DNA of 53,998 nucleotides from a virus (IMGVR_UViG_2541047728_000014), one strand, 5' to 3'; positions 25,134 to 33,238 are shown, counted from the stretch's first letter. Notes: generated by a model from the sequence alone, not told the origin. Numbers and translations: made by a program.

Positions 25134-25323
25134 ATGTCTTATTATTGCGGTAGTTCTCCTTTACCTTGCTGGTGTAGTTTTAATGGGCGCTCTTCAGAAA
25201 GCTGTAGGTAGTGACGGCGTTATTTGGTTTGAGTTGGTTTTCTGGCCTTTCATTACAATATACGCTTTCGCTGATGCTATGCGCATCAACATCATGCGGG
25301 CCATTAAGGAGCGCAAGAAATGA
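25123..25323 (+). CDS. Small membrane protein (66 aa, two predicted TM helices)
   Basis: MMIECLIIAVVLLYLAGVVLMGAL ... WFELVFWPFITIYAFA. Confidence 0.45.
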   Translation: MMIECLIIAVVLLYLAGVVLMGALQKAVGSDGVIWFELVFWPFITIYAFADAMRINIMRAIKERKK

Positions 25324-25502
25324 TTGAAGATGGTGTGTACGCAGCAACAGTAGTCGACAGGTTGTTTTACCGCGTGGAAGGTGATGATATTCGTGTCAGT
25401 ATTGATAGCGGTGAGTGGAGAAAACCATTTATTGAGACGACGCGAGAAAACATTAAAATCATGCTTGATAATGGTGATTTGGTGAAGGTTAGCGACCTAT
25501 GA
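25320..25502 (+). CDS. Hypothetical small protein, paralogue A (60 aa)
   Basis: MIEDGVYAATVVDRLFYRVEGDDIRV...IKIMLDNGDLVKV; similar to the next ORF. Confidence 0.45.
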   Translation: MIEDGVYAATVVDRLFYRVEGDDIRVSIDSGEWRKPFIETTRENIKIMLDNGDLVKVSDL

Positions 25503-25675
25503 ACGAGATCGAAGACGGTATCTATTTGCATAAGGTATTTAACATCGTCTATTTACTTAAAGGTAATAAGGTGATGATAAGACCTGATGACGATCCATAT
25601 TGGGAATCAAGCGGCATGGATCGTTGGCATATGCAGATGTTGCTTGATAATGGCCTGATATATAGAAAGCCGTAA
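25499..25675 (+). CDS. Hypothetical small protein, paralogue B (58 aa)
   Basis: Hand-called ORF MNEIEDGIYLHKVFNIVYLLKGNKVMIRPDDDPYWESSGMDRWHMQMLLDNGLIYRKP; ATG overlaps the upstream stop (ATGA). Confidence 0.4.
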   Translation: MNEIEDGIYLHKVFNIVYLLKGNKVMIRPDDDPYWESSGMDRWHMQMLLDNGLIYRKP

Positions 25676-25692
25676 AGCCGTATTTGTTGGGG
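25667..25692 (+). repeat. Direct repeat copy 1 (GTAAAGCCGTATTTGTTGGGGG)
   Basis: About 22 of 25 nt identical to a second copy at 25921-25946; the two copies flank ORF 25698..25925 and each begins at the stop codon of the preceding ORF. Confidence 0.55.
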
Positions 25693-25697
25693 GTAAT

Positions 25698-25925
25698 ATG
25701 GAAGAAATGGTTTTACTGTCATCAATATGGCATCGGTTCGGAACTGAAAAAGGATACTCACCTGCTTGCTGGCTGGATAGTAAAAGCGGAAAGGAGTATC
25801 AAAACGAGTGCGAATTTAGAAGGGAGTGGCGAGGTGGTAAGGAAGTGCAAGGATATTTTGCACCAAAACACGTTGCCGCCAAATACAAAGAATGGCTTGT
25901 GCGTTTGCTTGGCCCTTATCGTTAA
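25698..25925 (+). CDS. Hypothetical small protein (75 aa), flanked by direct repeats
   Basis: ORF with GGGGG RBS; no recognisable domain. Confidence 0.45.
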   Translation: MEEMVLLSSIWHRFGTEKGYSPACWLDSKSGKEYQNECEFRREWRGGKEVQGYFAPKHVAAKYKEWLVRLLGPYR

Positions 25926-25946
25926 AGCCGTATTTGTAGGGCGTAA
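25921..25946 (+). repeat. Direct repeat copy 2 (GTTAAAGCCGTATTTGTAGGGCG)
   Basis: Second copy of the repeat at 25667-25692. Confidence 0.55.
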
Positions 25947-26018
25947 ACAAACAGATTAAAATATTCTCTAACAATGCGAAACTGTAACTACCCGGCCCAG
26001 CGCCGGGTTTTTGCTTTG
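25934..26018 (+). promoter_or_regulatory. Candidate late promoter (pR'-like) followed by short hairpin terminator (tR'-like) immediately upstream of the holin gene
   Basis: TTGTAG-N17-TAAAAT (25934-25962), then hairpin CCCGGC-CCAG-CGCCGGG (about 25991-26007) followed by TTTTTGCTTT; arrangement resembles the lambdoid pR'-qut-tR' unit, but Q lies 6 kb upstream. Confidence 0.35.
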
Positions 26019-26032
26019 TTGGAGGTAAATCT

Positions 26033-26233
26033 ATGTTCGACAAAATACGGGCGGCGTGCGCTTATGTAACAGGGACCGTAACCGCTTTTTTTGGTGCGAT
26101 AACCATTAATGACGTTGCCGTCTTTGTGGGTATCTTATCAACCATTGGCACATTTGCCGTTAACTATTACTTCAAATCACAGGAGAACAAGCGAGCGCAA
26201 GAGGAACACGACGCACGAATGGGGAATAAGTAA
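26033..26233 (+). CDS. Holin (pinholin-like, two TM helices)
   Basis: 66 aa; two hydrophobic helices and a charged C-terminus ([19 protein letters not shown]); GGAGG RBS; first gene of the lysis cassette. Confidence 0.65.
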   Translation: MFDKIRAACAYVTGTVTAFFGAITINDVAVFVGILSTIGTFAVNYYFKSQENKRAQEEHDARMGNK

Positions 26234-26234
26234 C

Positions 26235-26726
26235 ATGATTAGCCAATCGCTGAAAAATAAGATTATTGCGGCGGCGGCTGGTGGGGCGATCGCTATTGCG
26301 GCGGTGATGATTAAGCCATTAGAGGGCGTTGAACACGATCCGTATCGTGATGTTATCGGTGTATGGACTGTTTGCTATGGTCACGCCGGAAAAGACATCA
26401 TGTTGGGCAAGACATACACACAAGCAGAATGCGATGCTTTGTTAAATAAAGATCTACACAAAACCGCAAAAGCGATCGACCCCTATATTAAAGTCGAAAT
26501 ATCAGATTTTACCCGCGCAGCACTTTATTCATTCGCCTATAACGTAGGCGCTACCAACTTCAAAACATCAACATTATTAAAACTACTCAATGACGGCAAG
26601 AAATCAGAAGCGTGCGCACAGCTTAAACGCTGGATTTATGCTGGTGGTAAACAGTGGCAAGGTTTAATCAATCGCCGTGATGTTGAATATGCCGTTTGCG
26701 AATGGGGTGAAACATGGACAAGGTGA
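26235..26726 (+). CDS. SAR endolysin (phage lysozyme with N-terminal signal-anchor-release domain)
   Basis: In-frame part of ORF 26109..26726 from [26 protein letters not shown] (Gly/Ala-rich SAR helix), then the lysozyme catalytic E-x8-D-x5-T arrangement ([16 protein letters not shown]). Confidence 0.8.
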   Translation: MISQSLKNKIIAAAAGGAIAIAAVMIKPLEGVEHDPYRDVIGVWTVCYGHAGKDIMLGKTYTQAECDALLNKDLHKTAKAIDPYIKVEISDFTRAALYSFAYNVGATNFKTSTLLKLLNDGKKSEACAQLKRWIYAGGKQWQGLINRRDVEYAVCEWGETWTR

Positions 26727-27184
26727 AGACGTTAATCATCGCCGTTGTTGTTTGCATTATCGTCGGGCTTGTTGCCGCGCTCAGTCACTGCCAGTCAGTG
26801 ATAAACACAATGCAAAGCGAGCTAACGACCACGCAAGGCGCACTGAAAACAGCAAGTAACACTATTCAGCAGATGAAGGAGCGAAACGCCGAACTGTCAA
26901 AACTTGATAAGAGGTATCACGATGAAATTAAAGCTATCAGATCTGACATTGCCGATCTGCGCACTGGCATTGATAACGGCACTATCAGGCTGCGCGTCAA
27001 CGCAATACCCGTGCGAGTGTCCGACTCCGCCGAATCCGCCAGCCGCATTGATGGAGCCTCCTGTAGACTCACTCCCGACGCTGAATCGGCTTATCTATCC
27101 CTCAGAGAACAACTAAAAACGAAAGACGCTCAGATTACTGGTCTTCAGGACTACATCAAAACTCAGTGCTTACGCAAAGAATAA
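26714..27184 (+). CDS. Rz-like inner-membrane spanin
   Basis: 156 aa; N-terminal TM helix followed by coiled-coil-like periplasmic domain; directly after the endolysin. Confidence 0.7.
   Translation: MDKVKTLIIAVVVCIIVGLVAALSHCQSVINTMQSELTTTQGALKTASNTIQQMKERNAELSKLDKRYHDEIKAIRSDIADLRTGIDNGTIRLRVNAIPVRVSDSAESASRIDGASCRLTPDAESAYLSLREQLKTKDAQITGLQDYIKTQCLRKE
26922..27116 (+). CDS. Rz1-like outer-membrane lipoprotein spanin, embedded in the +1 frame of Rz
   Basis: ORF 26904..27116; start at [24 protein letters not shown] (lipobox LSGC), Pro-rich mature part. Confidence 0.55.
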   Translation: MKLKLSDLTLPICALALITALSGCASTQYPCECPTPPNPPAALMEPPVDSLPTLNRLIYPSENN

Positions 27185-27452
27185 CAGCGCGTGGACGTGT
27201 CGCCGTTTCTGCCAGCCAGCCATAACCGGGCCAATCCTTCCCGCGAGCGACGGCGGAAATTCAAAAACACGTAATACCGGATCAACAGTCCCATTAACAG
27301 GTCAGGCGCTACCTGGGTAGAAGAAAGCGCCACCCACCTATTTTATAAAATTCTGGAAACGGTACTGATGAAGCGCCGTTCTCAGTGTTTTATGTCATTT
27401 CTGCCGCTGTATAAACAGGAAGTAAAAGCAAACCAGACAGGAGATTATTCTG

Positions 27453-28025
27453 ATGGCTAAGGCTAAAGGCATTAAGTTGCCTCAATTCAAAGTCCCGCTC
27501 TTTGAGCATACAACCGTTTTCTTTTGCCCGACCCGCGAGATGTTCTATGAATTTTGCGAAAAGGCCGGAATACCAATCGAACCTGATTTCGAACTAGCTG
27601 GCGGTCTGACGTTAACCTGTACTGGTGAGACCGGCGGTAATTTCTACGTGATCGCAGTATTCAACAATGAGACTGGAACGCTGGTCCATGAATGCGCTCA
27701 CACTACATTCCACGTTTTAAGTGATGTAGGCGTCGTGGCGACCACTGATCCTACTCATCCTGCGAATGAGACTTACGCTTACATGGTTGGACGTATCTTT
27801 GACGCATTCTTCCCAATCCTGGCTGAATCAAACGAAGCACAGATCACAGCGATGCAGGCGGCTGAAGTCGTTGAGCAGGCGTTAGAAAAGGCAGAGCAGG
27901 CGACTGATGCAGCAGAACAGGCAGAGGAGCCGAAAGAAGAGAAAAAACCAGCTAAGAAAGGCAAACGTAAGCCGAAAGCAAAAGAGGCGCTTGTACCGCG
28001 CGTTATGAGCTTTAAGAGAGGGTAA
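27453..28025 (+). CDS. Hypothetical protein with HExxH motif and Lys-rich C-terminal tail
   Basis: 190 aa; TLVHECAHTTFHV (HExxH zincin-like motif); C-terminus EEPKEEKKPAKKGKRKPKAKE; GGAG RBS; no family recognised. Confidence 0.5.
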   Translation: MAKAKGIKLPQFKVPLFEHTTVFFCPTREMFYEFCEKAGIPIEPDFELAGGLTLTCTGETGGNFYVIAVFNNETGTLVHECAHTTFHVLSDVGVVATTDPTHPANETYAYMVGRIFDAFFPILAESNEAQITAMQAAEVVEQALEKAEQATDAAEQAEEPKEEKKPAKKGKRKPKAKEALVPRVMSFKRG

Positions 28026-28027
28026 TT

Positions 28028-28096
28028 ATGTTTACTTTTCTGTTAGGCGTATTTGTTGGCATAGCTGCCGCTGTGATCTTGATATACGGACATTGA
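28028..28096 (+). CDS. Micro-ORF A of tandem array: single hydrophobic helix peptide (22 aa)
   Basis: MFTFLLGVFVGIAAAVILIYGH; AGAGGG RBS; starts 2 nt after the upstream stop. Confidence 0.35.
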   Translation: MFTFLLGVFVGIAAAVILIYGH

Positions 28097-28100
28097 TATT

Positions 28101-28205
28101 ATGGATGCTTACATCATCGCCGGATTAATCGGCGTTTCTGTGTTTCTTGTGGGTTCTATTATAGTTGCGCTGATAAACGTATATATCAAGTATTTGGTGG
28201 GGTGA
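28101..28205 (+). CDS. Micro-ORF B: single hydrophobic helix peptide (34 aa)
   Basis: MDAYIIAGLIGVSVFLVGSIIVALINVYIKYLVG. Confidence 0.35.
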   Translation: MDAYIIAGLIGVSVFLVGSIIVALINVYIKYLVG

Positions 28206-28210
28206 AAAAT

Positions 28211-28285
28211 ATGATTGACCCGCTAATTATCCTTTCTGTCTGCGTCGCTGTATGGCTGGCGATCATGATACTCATTGAAAGCTGA
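28211..28285 (+). CDS. Micro-ORF C: single hydrophobic helix peptide (24 aa)
   Basis: MIDPLIILSVCVAVWLAIMILIES; GGGGTGA RBS. Confidence 0.35.
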   Translation: MIDPLIILSVCVAVWLAIMILIES

Positions 28286-28296
28286 AGGTATTCACC

Positions 28297-28371
28297 ATGA
28301 ATATTTACGATCTCATCTGGTGGTCGTTGGTCGCCGTCATTATCTGTTTCTGGTGGAAGAATGTTGTATAG
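28297..28371 (+). CDS. Micro-ORF D: single hydrophobic helix peptide (24 aa)
   Basis: MNIYDLIWWSLVAVIICFWWKNVV; GAAGG RBS. Confidence 0.35.
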   Translation: MNIYDLIWWSLVAVIICFWWKNVV

Positions 28372-28379
28372 GTGACGGC

Positions 28380-28487
28380 ATGGATATATTCGAATTACTG
28401 GCGATTATGTGCGGGATGATGTTTTGCGTAGTAGCCGTAATTATCATCATTGGTCTGGTTATAGGTAGTGTCAATGAACGCATATGA
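28380..28487 (+). CDS. Micro-ORF E: single hydrophobic helix peptide (35 aa)
   Basis: MDIFELLAIMCGMMFCVVAVIIIIGLVIGSVNERI; AGGTGA RBS; same frame and stop as track ORF 28275..28487. Confidence 0.4.
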   Translation: MDIFELLAIMCGMMFCVVAVIIIIGLVIGSVNERI

Positions 28488-28488
28488 G

Positions 28489-28554
28489 ATGCTATTGCTG
28501 GTGGCTGTAGTTGTGGTTATTGCTGTGGACGTATACCGGGAGATGAAAAAATGA
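28489..28554 (+). CDS. Micro-ORF F: hydrophobic peptide (21 aa)
   Basis: MLLLVAVVVVIAVDVYREMKK; starts 2 nt after the E stop. Confidence 0.3.
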   Translation: MLLLVAVVVVIAVDVYREMKK

Positions 28555-28619
28555 AATGGCTTGATTTCTTTTTCCTGATCGTTGCGATTGTTTTTACCAT
28601 GATCGCGTTAACTCAATAG
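28551..28619 (+). CDS. Micro-ORF G: single hydrophobic helix peptide (22 aa)
   Basis: MKWLDFFFLIVAIVFTMIALTQ; GGGAG RBS; ATG overlaps the F stop (ATGA). Confidence 0.35.
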   Translation: MKWLDFFFLIVAIVFTMIALTQ

Positions 28620-28627
28620 GTGAACGC

Positions 28628-28702
28628 ATGAATGCTATTGATATTATGTTGATCGTGTGTACCGTTGCGTTAATTATTATTGGGGTGATTATCAACGTCT
28701 GA
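28628..28702 (+). CDS. Micro-ORF H: single hydrophobic helix peptide (24 aa)
   Basis: MNAIDIMLIVCTVALIIIGVIINV; AGGTGA RBS identical to that of E. Confidence 0.35.
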   Translation: MNAIDIMLIVCTVALIIIGVIINV

Positions 28703-28718
28703 CAGTGACTTCTTAATT

Positions 28719-28763
28719 ATGGCTATATGCACGTTGTTAGTCGTTATCGTTTTCTTCGCATAA
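28719..28763 (+). CDS. Micro-ORF I: very short hydrophobic peptide (14 aa)
   Basis: MAICTLLVVIVFFA; weak RBS; least convincing member. Confidence 0.2.
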   Translation: MAICTLLVVIVFFA

Positions 28764-28772
28764 AGGTAAACA

Positions 28773-28856
28773 ATGAAAGAGCTGTTCGACTGGTTGGAAG
28801 TTTTAACATACTGCGCAAGTTTTGTAGCTTGCGTATATATCATCAATAAATATTGA
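28773..28856 (+). CDS. Micro-ORF J: single hydrophobic helix peptide (27 aa)
   Basis: MKELFDWLEVLTYCASFVACVYIINKY; AAAGGT RBS; ends 10 nt before the small terminase start. Confidence 0.35.
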   Translation: MKELFDWLEVLTYCASFVACVYIINKY

Positions 28857-28866
28857 GAGGTGAATT

Positions 28867-29352
28867 ATGGCCCGCACTAAAAAGGCAAATGCTGACGATA
28901 AAAAGCCAGCCGCAAAAAGGGTGGGCCGTCCGCATGGTTATACAGAAGAAAAAGCGTTAGAGATCTGCGAACTGGTGGCGGACGGTCAGAGCGTTAACAA
29001 AATTTCGAAGATGCCTGGTATGCCTACCCGTTCAACAATCCTGAAATGGTTTAGAGACGTGCCGGAATTCTCGGACATGTACATGCGCGCGAAGGAAATC
29101 GGCTTCGAGGTATTAGCTGATGAGATCCTCGATATAGCTGATGATGCTAAGAACGTTGATAAAGACCAACTACGCCGCCACCAATTAATGATTGAAACGC
29201 GTAAATGGCTATTGGCAAAACTGCAACCGCGTAAATACGGCGAACGTGTCACACAGGAGATTGTTGGCAATAAGGAAGAAGCGCCCGTCCAGGTTGAAGT
29301 CACGAAAGAAGAGATCGCCAGCATCGTCCAGGAAGTAGAAGACGAGGTGTGA
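28867..29352 (+). CDS. Terminase small subunit
   Basis: 161 aa; basic N-terminus and HTH-like region (GRPHGYTEEKALEICELVADGQSVNKISKMPGMP), acidic C-terminus; immediately precedes the large terminase. Confidence 0.7.
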   Translation: MARTKKANADDKKPAAKRVGRPHGYTEEKALEICELVADGQSVNKISKMPGMPTRSTILKWFRDVPEFSDMYMRAKEIGFEVLADEILDIADDAKNVDKDQLRRHQLMIETRKWLLAKLQPRKYGERVTQEIVGNKEEAPVQVEVTKEEIASIVQEVEDEV

Positions 29353-29354
29353 TT

Positions 29355-30833
29355 ATGTTGTCCATCAAAGAAAGGGTTATTCAGTCAAAATGTGAAAACG
29401 ATGGCCTGTTTTTCAATCGCTACTTCTATAAGCAAGCAAACGGAACGAAGATGTTAATCTCAGGCCATCATTTAGCCATCCGTGATGCACTGCAACGCGT
29501 TATCAATGGTGAGATAACCCGACTCATCATCAATATTCCCCCAGGGTACGGCAAAACCATGATCGCCACTATCAATATGATGGCGCGGTCCCTCGCAATA
29601 AATCCCCGCACACGCTTCCTTCACGTTTCCTATTCCAACAACCTGGCGCTACTCAATTCCTCGACAGTAAGAAACATGATCTGTACGCCTGAATATCAGG
29701 CAATGTGGACCATGAAGATCCGCAACGATGCCAACAGTAAATCGATGTGGTGGACTGAATACGGCGGCGGCGTGTATGCAACGTCATCGCTTGGTCAGGT
29801 TACTGGGTTCCGTGCAGGGTATATGGAACCGGGATTTAACGGCGCGTTAATCATCGATGACCCATTAAAACCCGCTGACGCTTACTCTGACGTGGTGAGA
29901 AAGCAGGTTAACACTAACTATAACGACACGCTTGCTTCACGTCTGGCAGTGCAAACAACGCCTGTTATCGTCATCATGCAACGCATCCACTACGATGATT
30001 TGTCAGGCTACCTGCTACGCGGTGGGAGCGGGGAGAAATGGCATCACCTGAACCTGCCAGTGAAGATCGACAATAGCGTTGACTATCGGGATTTGTACCC
30101 TGAAAACGAGTTCGCTATCCCCATTCCTCACAATCTGCCAGATGGCTGGCTATGGCCTAAAAAGCACAATGACAGCCATGAAGCAGGACTGAAGGCACAC
30201 AGACGGTCATTTGAGGCCCAGTACATGCAGCGCCCGCGTAAATTCGACGAAGAGGGTGCATTGTGGACTGAAGCAATGATAACCGCAGCGCACCGGATGC
30301 AGATAACGCAGGAGAAAATACGCACTGTAATAGCTATTGACCCGGCGACAACATCATCTGATGAGTCTGACGAAACAGGGATCGTGGCATGTTCCGCCTA
30401 TGGTGGCGGTAAGAATGCTCAGTATTCTGTTGATGGCGACTACTCAGGCCGCATGTCTCCTAACGACTGGGCGCAGGCATCAATGAACGCCTACAACATC
30501 CATGAAGCTGACGCGATGGTTATCGAAACTAACCAGGGCGGCGAAATGGCAGAGGCCACGTTGCGTAATGCCGGATTCAAAGGCCGTATTGTTAAGGTGC
30601 ATGCAAGTAAAGGTAAGTTCGCCCGCGCCGAGCCAATATCGGCACTGTATGCACAAGGAAGGGTGGCACACACTGGTGAGCTGTACACGCTGGAAAATCA
30701 AATGATGGAATACGTGCCAGCCACCGCTAAAAAATCCCCTGACCGTATGGATGCTATGGTATGGGGTATCACTGAACTAAGCCAGCCACAGGCGATGGGC
30801 CTCATGTTACCTAAGCGCCTGCGAGGGTTTTAA
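29355..30833 (+). CDS. Terminase large subunit
   Basis: ORF 29349..30833; ATG at 29355 after GAGGTG RBS; Walker A-like PPGYGKTM, ATPase core followed by nuclease-like C-terminal half. Confidence 0.85.
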   Translation: MLSIKERVIQSKCENDGLFFNRYFYKQANGTKMLISGHHLAIRDALQRVINGEITRLIINIPPGYGKTMIATINMMARSLAINPRTRFLHVSYSNNLALLNSSTVRNMICTPEYQAMWTMKIRNDANSKSMWWTEYGGGVYATSSLGQVTGFRAGYMEPGFNGALIIDDPLKPADAYSDVVRKQVNTNYNDTLASRLAVQTTPVIVIMQRIHYDDLSGYLLRGGSGEKWHHLNLPVKIDNSVDYRDLYPENEFAIPIPHNLPDGWLWPKKHNDSHEAGLKAHRRSFEAQYMQRPRKFDEEGALWTEAMITAAHRMQITQEKIRTVIAIDPATTSSDESDETGIVACSAYGGGKNAQYSVDGDYSGRMSPNDWAQASMNAYNIHEADAMVIETNQGGEMAEATLRNAGFKGRIVKVHASKGKFARAEPISALYAQGRVAHTGELYTLENQMMEYVPATAKKSPDRMDAMVWGITELSQPQAMGLMLPKRLRGF

Positions 30834-30981
30834 GTTATTGATTATTATCAACTTCGAAAAATTTTCGAAGATGAACAATAATAATTCTCAATTAGCTACA
30901 CAAAATCTGCCTCACAATCCCTCACGAATTTTTCTATTTTTCGCGTAGCAACGCGTAAACATGTATTCAGGAGTAAACATT

Positions 30982-32352
30982 ATGCCATCCAATTTAGAAT
31001 TGGCGGTTAATGCTGCCTTGTCTCAACGCCAGGCGGCCTTTGCCCGCTATGCAGCGGCACATCCGTTCACTATGGGGATAGATGCCAAACGTGATGCTGC
31101 GTGGAGTGAATACGGATTTAAAGAAGAGATCACGTATCACGATCTATACAAACTGTACAGACGCGGCGGCATCGCTCACGGTGCTGTAGAAAAGATTGTT
31201 ACTACTTGCTGGCGCACCAAGCCAAAGATGATTGAAGGAACTGAAGACGAGAAAGCGAAAAAGGAAACACCGTGGGAGAGAGAAATCAAGAAGAAATTTA
31301 ACAACAGATTTTGGCGCACTGTTGCTGAATGTGATCGCCGCCGCCTCATTGGTCGTTACTCTGGTCTGTTAATTCATATCAGAGATAACAAGCCGTGGGA
31401 TCAGCCAGTGACAAAAGGCGTAGGCATTGCAAAATTTACCCCTGTGTGGGCTGGCGCTCTTACACCGAAGGACTTCGAAGAAAACCCGGATAATGAAAAC
31501 TATGGCCTGCCAACGTGGTGGGAATACAAAGAACGCATTAACAGTAAGACCATTGCTAGAAAGATCCACCCTGACCGCATATTCATCTTTGGCGACTATT
31601 CTGATGATGTCATCGCTTTCCTTGAACCTTCCTACAACGCATTCGTATCACTGGAAAAAGTGGAAGGCGGTAGTGGTGAATCATTCCTGAAAAACGCAGC
31701 GCGTCAGCTTGCCATTTCGTTCGATAAAGATATTGACTTCCGTTCCCTGGCTGCAACATACGATTGCGACGTTACAGAGTTACGCGAAAGATTCAATGAG
31801 GCTACTGCTGAAATGAATAAGGGTAATGACGTAATGATGGCGTTACAGGGTGCAACAGTAAGCCCGCTGGTTACTGCCGTATCCGACCCGTCATCAACCT
31901 ATGACGTAAACCTGCAAACCGCCGCCGCTGGTGTTGATATTCCAACCCGCATCCTGGTTGGGAACCAGCAGGGAGAACGCGCATCAACCGAAGACCTGCG
32001 TTACTTCAACAGCCGCTGCATGACCCGCAGGGAGGAAATCGGTGGCGAGATTGAAGATCTGTTCCGCAAGATGGCAGATCTACGCCTTATCAGTATGCCA
32101 GTAGATGTATCAGTGCTATGGGACGACCTTAACGCCATGACCAAAGCAGAGCTACTGGAAGCCGCAGACAAGATGGCGCAAATCAATCAGGCTTGTTTGG
32201 CTACTGGTGAAGAAATATTTAGCGGCGATGAGATCCGCGAGGCTGCCGGATACGATGGCCCAGCCAGTGAAGTAGAAACGGAAGAGGATGACGATGATGA
32301 AGGTGAAGAAAATAATCAGGCGAATACCTCCAGCCGCGATAATGCCATCTAA
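30982..32352 (+). CDS. Portal protein
   Basis: ORF 30961..32352; start placed at MPSNLELAV after AGGAG RBS; about 456 aa with acidic C-terminus; follows the terminase. Confidence 0.7.
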   Translation: MPSNLELAVNAALSQRQAAFARYAAAHPFTMGIDAKRDAAWSEYGFKEEITYHDLYKLYRRGGIAHGAVEKIVTTCWRTKPKMIEGTEDEKAKKETPWEREIKKKFNNRFWRTVAECDRRRLIGRYSGLLIHIRDNKPWDQPVTKGVGIAKFTPVWAGALTPKDFEENPDNENYGLPTWWEYKERINSKTIARKIHPDRIFIFGDYSDDVIAFLEPSYNAFVSLEKVEGGSGESFLKNAARQLAISFDKDIDFRSLAATYDCDVTELRERFNEATAEMNKGNDVMMALQGATVSPLVTAVSDPSSTYDVNLQTAAAGVDIPTRILVGNQQGERASTEDLRYFNSRCMTRREEIGGEIEDLFRKMADLRLISMPVDVSVLWDDLNAMTKAELLEAADKMAQINQACLATGEEIFSGDEIREAAGYDGPASEVETEEDDDDEGEENNQANTSSRDNAI

Positions 32353-33238
32353 CACCGAAGATCCGACCATGACAGGGAAGTTACGTTCTGGTGCTGTTAA
32401 GCGTTTCAAATCCTGCCTGAAAAAAGTAGCCGATCCATATATCGCCATACTGGACAGAATCCAATATAGCCTGGCTGTTAATAAGAAATACACCTTCCAG
32501 ATTTACATGGATGAATTACATGACATGCTGGAGGGCGCCAGCGACATGATTGATGAGATATTCGAGCTAACCGACCCGGAAAGTTTTTGGTTTTGGCAGA
32601 ATTACGTGAAGGTTGCCTATCAGCGCGGCACGGCGCAGGAGTACGCCAATCTTGCTAACCAGTCGGTCACTTACTCAAGCGCTTATCCTGATGTATCAGC
32701 CGTGCTATCCAGCACAACTTACCGCACGCGCCTTGCCCTGGTCCGTACCCGTGTATTTGAGGAAATGCGCGGGCTGACCGCACAGATCAAAAAGGATATG
32801 GCCCGGCGATTAACAGAAGGGATGGCACGTGGATTAAATCCACTGGAAATAGCGCGCACATTGCAGCAGGAAACGCAATTGCCACTGTACAGGTGCAAAC
32901 GTATTGCCCGAACTGAAATATGCACAGCGTTACGCACAGCGCGTATGGATGAGGCTGAAGCGGCGACAGAAGAATTTAATCTGCGCACGATGCAAATGCA
33001 CATTTCTGCATTATCACCGACAACAAGGCTATCGCACGCGCAGCGGCACGGTAAAACATACACCATAGATGAACAGCGAGAATGGTGGAGTAGATCCCCT
33101 AATTCAATTAACTGCAAATGCACCACGATTACCGTATTAGTTGATGAAGACGGTAATATATTAAACAAGCGAATACTGGAGCGGGCGCAAGAAAACTATA
33201 AGGTTGCGCACTCTAAATATGGCGAAGATTGGGAGTAA
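32294..33238 (+). CDS. Head morphogenesis protein (minor capsid, SPP1 gp7 / Mu F-like)
   Basis: ORF 32288..33238 overlapping the portal 3' end; start uncertain by about 50 nt; position and size fit the minor-head morphogenesis family. Confidence 0.6.
   Translation: MMKVKKIIRRIPPAAIMPSNTEDPTMTGKLRSGAVKRFKSCLKKVADPYIAILDRIQYSLAVNKKYTFQIYMDELHDMLEGASDMIDEIFELTDPESFWFWQNYVKVAYQRGTAQEYANLANQSVTYSSAYPDVSAVLSSTTYRTRLALVRTRVFEEMRGLTAQIKKDMARRLTEGMARGLNPLEIARTLQQETQLPLYRCKRIARTEICTALRTARMDEAEAATEEFNLRTMQMHISALSPTTRLSHAQRHGKTYTIDEQREWWSRSPNSINCKCTTITVLVDEDGNILNKRILERAQENYKVAHSKYGEDWE

Noticed and set aside
19898-25925. Q-to-S island considered as a Shiga-toxin-like conversion locus
   Set aside because: No ORF of the size or pattern of an AB5 toxin A subunit (~315 aa) or B subunit with signal peptide; no tRNA genes of the kind that accompany stx.
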